From positions 4,000,001-4,064,000 of the forward strand of contig OZ245742.1 in assembly GCA_965227295.1 (NCBI GenBank): a DNA stretch of 64,000 bases, read 5' to 3'. Positions 41,010-51,014 of this stretch are shown piece after piece. A program made the translations under genes and the position numbers. How positions within the stretch are numbered: the stretch's first letter is position 1; every line of letters starts with the position of its first letter. The notes beneath the pieces are model-generated. The model was not told the origin of the DNA, ran no database searches, and worked only from the letters and a program-made list of their open reading frames with translations. The stretch comes from Leptonemataceae bacterium. GTDB taxonomy: Bacteria > Spirochaetota > Leptospiria > Leptospirales > Leptonemataceae.

Positions 41010-41662
41010 TCTTTCCCGGCCGGGGAATCGAGCAGCAACAGCCCGTCCATCTTCATCTGCAACGTTTCGTCCGCCGTCGCCTCGCGCAGGTTTTCCAGGC
41101 GGAGCCGAAATGCCTTTTGATCGCGCGCGTTCTGTGCGTCCCGGCGTAAGCTTAACAATCTTGCCATTTCGTAGCGGGCCTCGTTCGCGGCCGCGCTGAT
41201 GGTTCCCATGGATTGCAACCGCCCGGCACGGGCCACGTCCTGTAAGGACTGGTCCGCGGAACGGTAGACCAGCAGCGCGTTCTGCATGGAACGGCTGACG
41301 CAATGAGACGACGGGCATGCTCGGGGTATCGCACGCGAGCGGCACGGGTGCTGGCCGTGCGGAGGGCGGTGATGACCTGCTCGGCCTGGGCCTTCTTCAT
41401 GCCCTTAATTTCATCTGCGCACTTGTTTACGCCGGCGTCGCGCAGTTCGATGCGCGTAAGGTCTTCTTTGACCGGAACGGCGTCTTCGTTTCGGAAAAGC
41501 CATCGAGCCAGTGCGCCTTCGCGCCCGACGGACCAGGCCGGAGAGCCGGGCGTCGTAGAGCATATAGAACCAGTAACACAATCCACCGGCCATGCCGAAG
41601 AGCAGCACGATCAGCCGGGAGTGCCATTCGACATGTGAGAGGATTTCGCGGAGGCGTTCCAT
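41006..41662 (-). pseudogene. Membrane-anchored hypothetical gene broken by two frameshifts (or sequence errors)
   Basis: Protein-like reading passes from ORF 41411-41695 (TM helix) to ORF 41152-41586 (REGALARWLFRNEDAVPVKEDL...) to ORF 41006-41287. Confidence 0.55.
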
Positions 41663-41720
41663 GATTTCGAAAATATAGTGGTGGCGGGATTTCACCGCAA
41701 TTCGGTTCCTTGCAGGCAGA

Positions 41721-43181
41721 ATGTCCCGCGCCCTGAAAAACCCGGAAATCGCCGATTCCGGAAAGAATCTTTCAAATGCCGGCGAGGTCGTTGCCGATCG
41801 TGAAGCACGGCTCGGGCGGTTCTATGTCGAAACCTACGGCTGCCAGATGAACGAGTACGACTCGGGCCTGGTGCGCTCGATCCTGGGGGACGGCGGCTTC
41901 AGCCGCGCGGATTCGCCGGAAGACGCCGGCATCATCCTGCTCAACACCTGCGCCATTCGCGAGAAAGCGCACGAGAAAATCTACAATCGCCTGGCGTCCC
42001 TGGGCCACTTGAAGCGCCGCGAGCCGCGCGTGGTGATCGGCGTGCTGGGTTGTATGGCGCAAAACCTGGGAGACGATTTGTTCGCCCAGGGCCTGCCCGT
42101 GGATTTTGTGATGGGGCCGGACAATTATCGGGAGCTGCCGGAGATCGTCGCGCGCATCCGTGGCGGTGTCGAAAGCAATTTGAACATCACCCAACTGTCG
42201 CGCACCGAAACCTACGATGACATCGATCCGTGCGTGGTCTCCGGCCGTCTCGCGTTCGTGACGATTATGCGCGGCTGTGATAACTTTTGTTCGTTCTGCG
42301 TGGTCCCGTACACTCGCGGCCGCGAACGCTCCCGGGATCCGGATACGATCGTGCGCGAGATCAACGGCCTCGTGCACGATCGGTGTGTGCGTGAGGTGAC
42401 GCTGCTCGGGCAGAACGTGAACTCGTATAAGTTCGGCGCCGACGAAGGCCGGGGGGATCGTGATGACGGCCTCGTACGCTTTAAGGATCTCGTGGAGCGC
42501 ATCCTGCGCGAAACGGAGATCGCGCGCATTCGGTTTACGTCGCCGCACCCCCACGATTTTCCGGAAGACCTGCTACAGTTAATGGCGGACGAACCGCGCT
42601 TCTGCCGGCACATTCATTTGCCCGTGCAGTCCGGCGCGTCGTCTACGCTCGAACGCATGAAGCGCGACTACAATCGCGAGGAATTCCTGGCGCTGGTGCG
42701 GCGCATCCGCGAATTGATGCCGGACGTCGGCCTGACCACGGACGTGATCGTCGGTTTCTCCGGCGAAACCGACGCCGAGTTCGAAGAGACGCTCTCGATT
42801 ATGCGCGAGGTGCGTTTCGACATGGCGTATATGTTTCATTATTCGGAGCGCACGCTAACGTACGCTCACAAGCGCTTACCGGACGACGTTCCACAAGAGG
42901 TAAAACTCGAACGCCTGCGCCGGCTGATCGAACTGCAAACGGAGATTGCCCGGGAGAACAACGTCTCGGCCATCGGCCAATCGTTCGAGGTGCTCATTGA
43001 GGGGCGCTCCAAACGTTCGGCGAAAGAGTTGATGGGTCGTAACGACGCGAATCGCACGATCGTGTTCCCGATTCCCGACGGCGCGGACGACGTGAACGCG
43101 CTGGATGATTGGATGGGGAGGCTCGTGACGGTGCGCGTCACCGAATCCACCGGCGCGACGCTGCGCGGCGAACTCATCTGA
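41721..43181 (+). CDS. miaB: tRNA i6A37 methylthiotransferase
   Basis: [65 protein letters not shown] end. Confidence 0.96.
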   Translation: MSRALKNPEIADSGKNLSNAGEVVADREARLGRFYVETYGCQMNEYDSGLVRSILGDGGFSRADSPEDAGIILLNTCAIREKAHEKIYNRLASLGHLKRREPRVVIGVLGCMAQNLGDDLFAQGLPVDFVMGPDNYRELPEIVARIRGGVESNLNITQLSRTETYDDIDPCVVSGRLAFVTIMRGCDNFCSFCVVPYTRGRERSRDPDTIVREINGLVHDRCVREVTLLGQNVNSYKFGADEGRGDRDDGLVRFKDLVERILRETEIARIRFTSPHPHDFPEDLLQLMADEPRFCRHIHLPVQSGASSTLERMKRDYNREEFLALVRRIRELMPDVGLTTDVIVGFSGETDAEFEETLSIMREVRFDMAYMFHYSERTLTYAHKRLPDDVPQEVKLERLRRLIELQTEIARENNVSAIGQSFEVLIEGRSKRSAKELMGRNDANRTIVFPIPDGADDVNALDDWMGRLVTVRVTESTGATLRGELI

Positions 43182-43302
43182 AACCACGCCAGGACAGATT
43201 TCCCCGCCCCCGTTGCGCTCCGGTCAACCGAAAATGTCACACCCGGATGATAGAGTAAGCGGGGGGATTGTGCGACGAGTGAGCCGTTCAGACGCCTCTT
43301 CC

Positions 43303-43417
43303 GCGTGAGCGATTGGAAGGGTGCCGCGTAGCGGCAGTCCGAAGCGAAGCGCAGGACCGAAGCCGAAGGCGGAGCCCTGGAAAGCGCGACCCCGCGCTTG
43401 CGCGGGGGCACGCCCAA
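43303..43417 (+). repeat. Family B element, copy 3
   Basis: GCGTGAGCGAT...GCCGAAGGCGGAGCCC...CACGCCCAA. Confidence 0.85.
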
Positions 43418-43427
43418 AAACCATCAT

Positions 43428-46400
43428 TCAATTCTCAGACGACTTTTTCTTTTTCGCGGCTCGCTGTTTTCTCGGCGCCTCGGTGGTTGCATCTTCTTCC
43501 TGTCCCTGCGCGCGCCCGATCAATCCCAGCACGCGTGCCTTGCCGAACATCCACAGGCGACCGAACGCTAACCTTGCATCAACGTTATTTAAGTAAAAAC
43601 ACGGAATTAGAAACAAAGAGATCTGCGTCGACAGGATGAGTCCCCAGGCGATGGCGAGCACCATGGGTTCGATGAAGGGATCCGAACCACCGACCCCGTA
43701 GGCCGTCGGCAGAAGACCGGTGACCGTGGTGATGGTGGTGATGATGATCGGCCGGAGGCGACGGGCCGCGCCGGCGACGACGTCCGGAATCAGTTCGTTG
43801 GCGCTGGTATAACCGCCGGCGGCTTCGCGATCGGCGCAGAGTTTGTTGATGAACTCCACCATCATGAGCGAGTTGTTTACGACGATGCCGGAGAGTCCGA
43901 TCACGCCGATGAGACCGAGAAACGAAAACGGTCGGTCGTGAAAGTAAAAGGCCCAGATGACGCCGATCAATCCGAACGGAATGGCCGAGAGTACGACCAG
44001 GGGCTGCGTCAATGAGTTAAAGAGCAGCGTGAGCACGAGATAGATCGCGACGAAGCCGCCGATGAAGGCGAACATCAGCGACGCCATGGACTCGGCTGTT
44101 TCTTCGGCCTCGCCGCCGTAGCTGAACGTGACGCCGGGATATTCCTGCGTTTCTTTCGTGTACTTCGCGAGGATCTGATCGATGACGCCCTGGGGCTGCG
44201 TGGCGATGCCGGTCTGTGCTTCGATGGTCGTGGTGACGTCGCCGTCCGTATGCTGGATCGCCGTCTCGGCGCGGATGCGAGAAAGTTTCGCGAAGGCGCG
44301 CACCGGAACGAGCTGGCCTTGCTGATTGCGAATGTCCAGGTCGAGGACGTTGCGTACCTCGCGGCGATGTTGCACCGGAAAACGCACGCGGATGTCGATC
44401 TCCTCGTTGTTGCGTACGATGGATGTCGAGTCGATGCCGTCGAAGGCGATGCGGAGCGTACTTGCCACATCCTGCACGGTCAGTCCGGCGGCGGCCAGGG
44501 TATCGTAGGTGATGTCGAGTTTGTACTCCTCGCGACCGAGCTCGGCGGAGGTCGTCACGTCGTAGACGCCGTCCATCGCTTTGAGATCGGCGACGATCTT
44601 GTTCACGAAGAGCGCGCGGTCTTCGTCGTTGTCGGAATGGACGCGGAGTTCGATGGGTTTGCCCGCGGGAGGACCGGGCTTCTGAAGTTCCGTGCGAATC
44701 TCTTTGGCGCCAGTGACGGTGCTCATGATTTTCTCGCGGGCTTCCTCCAGGATTACACCCGCTTCGCGTGAGCGTTCGGAGAACGGGACGAGCGTTACCT
44801 GTAGATACGCCAGGTTTTGTTCGCCGCCCACCGGAGCCGCCAGGTTGTTCGAGACGTCCGTGCCGATGCGCGCCGTGTAGTACTCCAGTTCTTCCGCGGG
44901 AATTTCATCGATGATCTTTTCGATCTGCACGATGACTTCTTCGGTGGCATCGAAGGTGGCCTCGTCCTCCAGCTCGACGTACACGAAAAACGTATCCGCC
45001 CCGTCCGCCGGAAAGAGGTTGAACGGCACCAGCTTCGCCGCGCCGTACAACGAACCGAACAACAACAAGACGGCGCCGAGCGAGGTCAGATAACGATGCC
45101 GGAGCGCGATGGGCAGCGAGGCGCGGTACGGAATGGCGATGCCGTCGAAGAGCCGGTCCTGCCAGGTGCGCTGCGGTTCCGATCCGGCGGCGCCTTCGTT
45201 CTCCCGCAGCGTATGCGTAAGGTGATTCGGCATGATCAAGAAGCCGTTAAACAAGGAGCCGATGAGCGAGGCGATGATGACGGCCGGAATCACGAAGATG
45301 AACTTGCCCATGGTTCCGCTCATGGCGAACATCGGCCCGAAGGCGAGCACCGTCGTAAGTACCGACGCGACGACGGGCATAATCACTTCGATCGTGCCCG
45401 ACAGGATGCCGTCGCGTTTCGAACGCCCTTCTTGAATATGGACGATGGAGTTTTCTGAAATTACGATGGATTGATCGACGATCATCCCGAGGGCGATGAT
45501 CATGGCCGCGAGACTGATCGCGTTGATGTCCACGCCCGCCGCGGGCATAATGATGAGCGTGATGGCGAAGGACGTCGGGATCGACAGGGCGATGAGGAAC
45601 GATGAGCGAAAATCCAGGAAGACGATGAGGATCACGACGACGAGAAAGAAACCGATCACCGCGTTTGAAGCCACGACGCTGATGCGGTTGCGCACGACCT
45701 TCGAGGAATCGTTCGCCGCGGAGAGACGGATGTTCTCCGGCAGGACCGTGCCTTTTTCGTCGAGGTACTCGTAGATGCGGTCTACCGTGCTGATGATGTC
45801 GGCGTTCGCCGATTTTTTTACGATCAGCAGGATTCCGCGCTTGCCGTCGAAGATCGTGCGCATCATTTCATCGCCGTAGCCTTCTTTGACCTCGGCCACG
45901 TCTTCCACGCGCACGTCGCCGCCGCCGAAGGCGGAGCGCACGATCACCTCCCGCACGTCTTCGATGGTTTCGAACTGCGACAGCGTGAGAATGTTGCGCT
46001 GCGTGCGATACGACTCTAAGTTTCCACCGGTGGCTCTTACGTTGCGGCTGTCCAGGGCGAACAGGATGTCGTTGAGGGCGATGTACTGTTGCTTGAGTTT
46101 CGCGGGATCCAGGTCCACGTGGAACTCGAGATCCCGGTACCCGTATTTGTCGATCTGCGATACGCCGCGGATGCGTTTGATGTCCCGCTCGACGAGCTTC
46201 GCCGTGCGCCGCAGTTCGCCGTAGTCCGCGTCCCCGGAAATCCCGACGACGAGGACGGGGATCTCCGATGACTTGAGATCGCGCACCTCCGGTCGACCGT
46301 CCACCTCCGCCGGCAGGTCCGACACCCTATCCACGGCGCGGCGGATCTCGTCTTTGACCTCGTCCTGATCCGGATAGTCGATGTCGATCTCCACCGTGAT

Positions 46401-46670
46401 CGACGACACGTTCTCCGCGGACACCGACTTGAAGTTATCGATGCCGGCGATGCCCTTGAGTTCGTCCTCGATGAGCCGGGTGACGTTCTGTTCCACGTCT
46501 TTGGGCGACGCGCCCGGGTAGCGCGTGGTGACGATCATGGTGCCCAGGTCCACCTCCGGGAACTCGTTCCGGTTGATGCTCAGGGCCGTGGAAAAGGCCA
46601 CGCCGAAGATGCCGATGAGCACGATGTTGACGAGGAGGGTGCGGTCCAGGAAGAACTCAATCAAACGCAT
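43428..46670 (-). CDS. RND efflux transporter permease subunit (AcrB/AcrD/AcrF family)
   Basis: YPGASP.DVE, GMIVDQSIVISEN, GIVVNNS, RLRPIIITT, 12-TM layout. Confidence 0.93.
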   Translation of the reverse strand: MRLIEFFLDRTLLVNIVLIGIFGVAFSTALSINRNEFPEVDLGTMIVTTRYPGASPKDVEQNVTRLIEDELKGIAGIDNFKSVSAENVSSITVEIDIDYPDQDEVKDEIRRAVDRVSDLPAEVDGRPEVRDLKSSEIPVLVVGISGDADYGELRRTAKLVERDIKRIRGVSQIDKYGYRDLEFHVDLDPAKLKQQYIALNDILFALDSRNVRATGGNLESYRTQRNILTLSQFETIEDVREVIVRSAFGGGDVRVEDVAEVKEGYGDEMMRTIFDGKRGILLIVKKSANADIISTVDRIYEYLDEKGTVLPENIRLSAANDSSKVVRNRISVVASNAVIGFFLVVVILIVFLDFRSSFLIALSIPTSFAITLIIMPAAGVDINAISLAAMIIALGMIVDQSIVISENSIVHIQEGRSKRDGILSGTIEVIMPVVASVLTTVLAFGPMFAMSGTMGKFIFVIPAVIIASLIGSLFNGFLIMPNHLTHTLRENEGAAGSEPQRTWQDRLFDGIAIPYRASLPIALRHRYLTSLGAVLLLFGSLYGAAKLVPFNLFPADGADTFFVYVELEDEATFDATEEVIVQIEKIIDEIPAEELEYYTARIGTDVSNNLAAPVGGEQNLAYLQVTLVPFSERSREAGVILEEAREKIMSTVTGAKEIRTELQKPGPPAGKPIELRVHSDNDEDRALFVNKIVADLKAMDGVYDVTTSAELGREEYKLDITYDTLAAAGLTVQDVASTLRIAFDGIDSTSIVRNNEEIDIRVRFPVQHRREVRNVLDLDIRNQQGQLVPVRAFAKLSRIRAETAIQHTDGDVTTTIEAQTGIATQPQGVIDQILAKYTKETQEYPGVTFSYGGEAEETAESMASLMFAFIGGFVAIYLVLTLLFNSLTQPLVVLSAIPFGLIGVIWAFYFHDRPFSFLGLIGVIGLSGIVVNNSLMMVEFINKLCADREAAGGYTSANELIPDVVAGAARRLRPIIITTITTVTGLLPTAYGVGGSDPFIEPMVLAIAWGLILSTQISLFLIPCFYLNNVDARLAFGRLWMFGKARVLGLIGRAQGQEEDATTEAPRKQRAAKKKKSSEN

Positions 46671-46849
46671 TCATCAATGAATTGATCAGGGGACCGGATC
46701 GCAACCAAAAGACACACGTCGCCCATCCCCGTGGGTGGTTTTTGGTGGTGGGATGATACTGGTGCATGACCTACCGGAGGCGCCGCGCGGCGGCCGCCCT
46801 GGTGCGATTAGCTGAAAAATGCGCGGCGGTCAACGAAAAATGTCACACC

Positions 46850-47718
46850 TTTCTCACGGCAACGCAACGAACCGCAGCTCTTGAATTACCGGCACGCTCG
46901 GGTAGCTCGCACACGCCCCGGATCGTAGTGTAAGTGGCGGCCAGTGTACATTAAGACTTTTATGGGTCCGGCTGGTTCCAGCTGACGGGCGGAGGTCATG
47001 CCGGGGAATGTGGTAGGGCGGACCGGAACGGCGTCTTCCTCGCAGCATTCGCCAACGGGAGCTGACTCACAAACCGACGTCCGGTGTCGGCAAGGCCCCG
47101 CTTATTGGGGCCGCGGCAGTTGGTTCCCCACTGACGGACAGTCTTAACAAAACGAAAATCCACAACTCCCGCTCAGCTGTAGCAAAAAAAGTCCCTTCAA
47201 CATTGCGCAACTTACTTCGTGTTTCTCACGGCAACAGTCACGAACCGCAGTAGCGGGTAGTTCGCACACGCCCCGAATCGTGGTGTAAGTGGCGGCCAAC
47301 GTAAATTAAGCCTTTTGTGGGTACGGCTGGTTCCAGCTAACGTACGGAGGTCATGCCGGGGAATGTGGTAAGGCGCACCGGAACGGCGTCTTCGCCTTAA
47401 GAAACGCGACGGTAACTGAGCCGCAAACCGACGTCCGGGTCGAGACGGACAGTCTTAACAAAACGAAAATCCACAACTCCCGCTCAGCTGTAGCAAAAAA
47501 GTCCACTCCCCCATTTCACAACTTACTCCATGTTTCTCACGGCAACGCAACGAACCGCAGCTCTTGAATTACCGGCACGCTCGGGTAGCTCGCACACGCC
47601 CCGGATCGTAGTGTAAGTGGCGGCCAGTGTACATTAAGACTTTTATGGGTCCGGCTGGTTCCAGCTGACGGGCGGAGGTCATGCCGGGGAATGTGGTAGG
47701 GCGGACCGGAACGGCGTC
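46850..47718. repeat. Non-coding tandem array A1-B1-A2-B2-A3 (units of 372 bp and 311 bp plus a 186-bp partial unit)
   Basis: 46850-47035 is identical to 47533-47718; diverged copy at 47222-47390; B blocks 47133-47194 and 47444-47504 differ only in one A-tract length. Confidence 0.95.
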
Positions 47719-47836
47719 GTCGCTTCGGAAAAGCCACCAGGCGAAGGCGCACTCCGGAGCACCGCTCCGGCTCCGAATCGTGAGACCCCAAACGATCCTT
47801 GACGCCGTCGCCCGCATCCCCACGCTATCCCCGCCC

Positions 47837-49018
47837 ATGCAACAACGCATCATAACAGTCATCATCCCGCTCATCTTAGTCGCGGCCCTCTCAACCTGCA
47901 AACCCGAACCCGCCAACGCCCAAAGCGAACGTTTCCCCGACCTGTTTCGCATCGAATGCGTCGGCAAAATCGAAGGCTGCGCCTGCTACACCGGCGCCAC
48001 CGGCAACGCCCGCAACAACGTCGCGTACCATGCCGAAGCCGCACGATCCACCGGCGCCGCGGAAAACGGCCGCGTCCCCATTGAACTCGAAACCCGGGGC
48101 GTAAGTTGCTGGTATCCCGAAACCGAATTGCGGCCCATGCCGTACGCTAAAGTCCCCGAATCGCCACTTAAGAAAATCGACCACACGCCGAAGTCCCTCG
48201 ATAAAATCGTGCCCGGCGCCACGGTGGAGTCGCTGAGTCAAAAACCGCATCGTTCGTTGGGCCGATTCTGGGCCACGTACTATCATCTCGCCGATGAACA
48301 CTATCATCCCGGCAAAGAGGTGGCCGTAAAAACGCCGGCGGGTTTGGAACTGGGGCGTGCTTCGGAAGATTTTCTCAAGCAGGTCACCTGGCAGGGCAGC
48401 GGCATCGCAAAGAACGGCCTGCGGCTGCACTACAGCGGATCGAACATGCGTTTCAACACCTACGCAAAAGACATGTGGGGCCACGGCGCCGGCTACGGCT
48501 ACCGTGTGTTCCCGTACCGAACGATCGCCGTTAACTTTCGTGGAGTGTGTGCTAAGATCTTCCCGAACAAAAAACGCTGCGGCAAAAAACAGGTGATCGG
48601 CAGTCTGGTGCGCATCCGCGAGGTGGCCGCGAAGAACATCGCAATGCCCGGCGGTACGATCCACGACGGATACTTCTGTGCCACGGATACCGGCAGCCCG
48701 CACTACATAAAGTCGGATCGCATCGATATCTTCGTCGGCGTACACGGCGGCGGCAATCCGTACCTGCCGCCGGAGCGCAGATCGAACGCGCTCATCGCCG
48801 GCGGCATTCGGAACCTGGTGCCGTCCGACTGGCGCCTCTGGAAAAACAAGAACGATCGCGTCTGGTGCGATGCGAACAAGCTTCCGACGGATCCCGCGCG
48901 GCCGAAGCCGGGGGACTGCACCTACGACTACCACGTCGTCGCGCAACAGAAGGCCCTGCACATCGACGTGGTCCTGGACGGCAAAGGCAATCCGATACGT
49001 TGTGCGAAACGGCCGTAA
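47837..49018 (+). CDS. Putative lipoprotein with a 3D (MltA-like) domain
   Basis: MQQRIITVIIPLILVAALSTC lipobox-like; ATYY, RTIAVN, ATDTGS...IKSDRIDIFVG. Confidence 0.7.
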   Translation: MQQRIITVIIPLILVAALSTCKPEPANAQSERFPDLFRIECVGKIEGCACYTGATGNARNNVAYHAEAARSTGAAENGRVPIELETRGVSCWYPETELRPMPYAKVPESPLKKIDHTPKSLDKIVPGATVESLSQKPHRSLGRFWATYYHLADEHYHPGKEVAVKTPAGLELGRASEDFLKQVTWQGSGIAKNGLRLHYSGSNMRFNTYAKDMWGHGAGYGYRVFPYRTIAVNFRGVCAKIFPNKKRCGKKQVIGSLVRIREVAAKNIAMPGGTIHDGYFCATDTGSPHYIKSDRIDIFVGVHGGGNPYLPPERRSNALIAGGIRNLVPSDWRLWKNKNDRVWCDANKLPTDPARPKPGDCTYDYHVVAQQKALHIDVVLDGKGNPIRCAKRP

Positions 49019-49146
49019 GATAGTTTCGTTTCCGACCAATCCCCCGGCGCGAATTTCCTGATCTTCGCGAAAGCACTTTACAACCGTCCCGGCGCGGAAA
49101 ATCCTATGGGCGAAGGTCGCCGCGCCGCCGATACAGAACCACAGGC

Positions 49147-50958
49147 ATGAACGCTCATCCGCACATACTCCGTAATCTCACGCTGCGCCTGGAAAGCTTC
49201 GCCGTATTCATTCCGATTCCCTTTGCGTTCTACATGGTCTTCGTCGGCAGCAACGCCGACATCGGTCGCCTGCTGCCGCACGGCATCATCTCCGGCAGTG
49301 TTCTCGCCGTTATGATTCTCGGAAGCTGGATCGTGCGCTACCTCATCCTGCGGCCGTTCTTTGCGTTCCTCGACGCGCCACAGAGTTTTTCCGGAAACGA
49401 TGCGGAGCGCGAGCACCTCATCCTGGATATCAAGCGGCGCCTCCTGGGCCTGCCGCGCATCGAGGCCGGCCTGGTCGGGCTGCGCTGGGTGGTCGGCGGC
49501 ATCGCGGCCCTGGGCCTGGGGCAACTCTTTCTCGGTCTCAAGTCCCTGGAGATCGCCGCGACGCTGGGCGGTATCCTCATCGTAACGCCGGTGACCATGG
49601 TGGGTTACTTTTATCTGACCGAAAACTACGTGGCGTCCGTGTTGAGCGAGGAGGATGTGGCTCGCGTCCTGTTGCCGGAAGAATCGCGCCGGGCCGTCGG
49701 CTTTCGCTGGAGATTTCTCGCAACCATCGGTTCCGTCGTGCTCATGCCGCTCGGGGTCTTCGGTTATCTACTGATGATGATCGCCTGGAGTTACATCGAA
49801 ATCCAGCTCGTGTTGTTTCACGTCATCGCCCTCATTCTGCTGTTCGTTGTTACGGTGACGGTGGTTTCGGGAGTGGCGGCCGCTTCGTTTCTACGCACGG
49901 TGGCGTCCATGCAGGACACGGCGCGCAACCTGGCCGCCGGTGACTTTCGCGGCATCGTCCCCCAGCTTTCCACCGACGAACTGGGGGAGACCACGATCTA
50001 CTTTAATCAGATCGTCCAGGCGGTTTCCAACGTGCTGCGTTCCATCCGTGCCGAGGCCGCGCACATGACCGAGGTCTCGCGACGCCTGGCGAACGGCAGT
50101 CGCGGCCTTACGACGAACACGCAGGAGCAGGCCTCATCTTCCGAAGAGATCTCCGCGGCGCTGGAGCAAATGGCGGCGAGCGGCGAGAACGTTACGAAGA
50201 ATGCCCGGGAGCAAAGCGACGAGGCGCGCCAGGCGGATCAGGAGATCGACGAGTTTCACAGTCAACTGGAAACCGTTCATCGCAACGCCGGCCAGGCCGC
50301 CGAGCGTGCGGAGATGTCCTATCAGAAAGCTGCCGAGGGCGAGGAATACCTGGAAGCCACCGTGCAAACGATGCAGGAGATCTCACAAAACACCGATCGC
50401 ATCGTGGAGGCGATGCAGTTGATCAACGAGGTCGCCGATCGCGTGAATTTGCTCTCGCTCAACGCCTCCATCGAGGCCGCGCGGGCCGGCGAGTACGGTC
50501 GCGGATTCGCGGTGGTCGCCGACGAAGTCTCACGCCTGGCCGATCGTACCCAGGAGCACGGGCAGACGATTCTGGAACTCGTCAATCACGCGGTGGAGCG
50601 TTCGCGGGAAGGCATGCAGTCCATCCAGGAGACCTCGCGGGTCTTTCAGGAAATCATTCGCAGTACGCGCGAGAACAAGAATCTCATCGACGGCATTACG
50701 AAAGAGATCGACGGCAACTTCAAGACCAGCGACTCCGTGCGCACGAAGTTTGCAAAAGTACAGAAGATGTCCTCCGATACCTCGAACGCCCTCGACGAAC
50801 AGTCCCGCACGAACCGCGAGTTGACGGAGGGGCTGCATCGCATCAGCATTGCCACGACGGCCATCACCGAAGCCGCCGAAGAAGTGGCCCGACTCTCCGG
50901 CGACCTGGCCGATCGGGCGTCGCAGTTGGACTCGGACATTCAGTTTTTCAAGGTCTGA
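49147..50958 (+). CDS. Methyl-accepting chemotaxis protein (multi-TM, HAMP)
   Basis: [36 protein letters not shown] motif. Confidence 0.95.
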   Translation: MNAHPHILRNLTLRLESFAVFIPIPFAFYMVFVGSNADIGRLLPHGIISGSVLAVMILGSWIVRYLILRPFFAFLDAPQSFSGNDAEREHLILDIKRRLLGLPRIEAGLVGLRWVVGGIAALGLGQLFLGLKSLEIAATLGGILIVTPVTMVGYFYLTENYVASVLSEEDVARVLLPEESRRAVGFRWRFLATIGSVVLMPLGVFGYLLMMIAWSYIEIQLVLFHVIALILLFVVTVTVVSGVAAASFLRTVASMQDTARNLAAGDFRGIVPQLSTDELGETTIYFNQIVQAVSNVLRSIRAEAAHMTEVSRRLANGSRGLTTNTQEQASSSEEISAALEQMAASGENVTKNAREQSDEARQADQEIDEFHSQLETVHRNAGQAAERAEMSYQKAAEGEEYLEATVQTMQEISQNTDRIVEAMQLINEVADRVNLLSLNASIEAARAGEYGRGFAVVADEVSRLADRTQEHGQTILELVNHAVERSREGMQSIQETSRVFQEIIRSTRENKNLIDGITKEIDGNFKTSDSVRTKFAKVQKMSSDTSNALDEQSRTNRELTEGLHRISIATTAITEAAEEVARLSGDLADRASQLDSDIQFFKV

Positions 50959-51014
50959 GCGCGGACTGCGGGTTAAAAACGTAACCATTCATTTCCGGGG
51001 GCGTCTCATCGGCA

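Noticed and set aside
46850..47718. CRISPR array, group II intron or tRNA cluster
   Set aside because: Units exceed 300 bp with no short repeat-spacer period, no cas genes are present, and I could not find a domain V or tRNA T-loop motif.
46854..47967. Short ORFs 46854-47048, 47537-47791 and 47569-47967, and the 47681 start of the 3D gene
   Set aside because: They lie within or run into the repeat, and indels and stops in copy A2 disrupt the equivalent frames; ATG 47837 gives a clean signal peptide.
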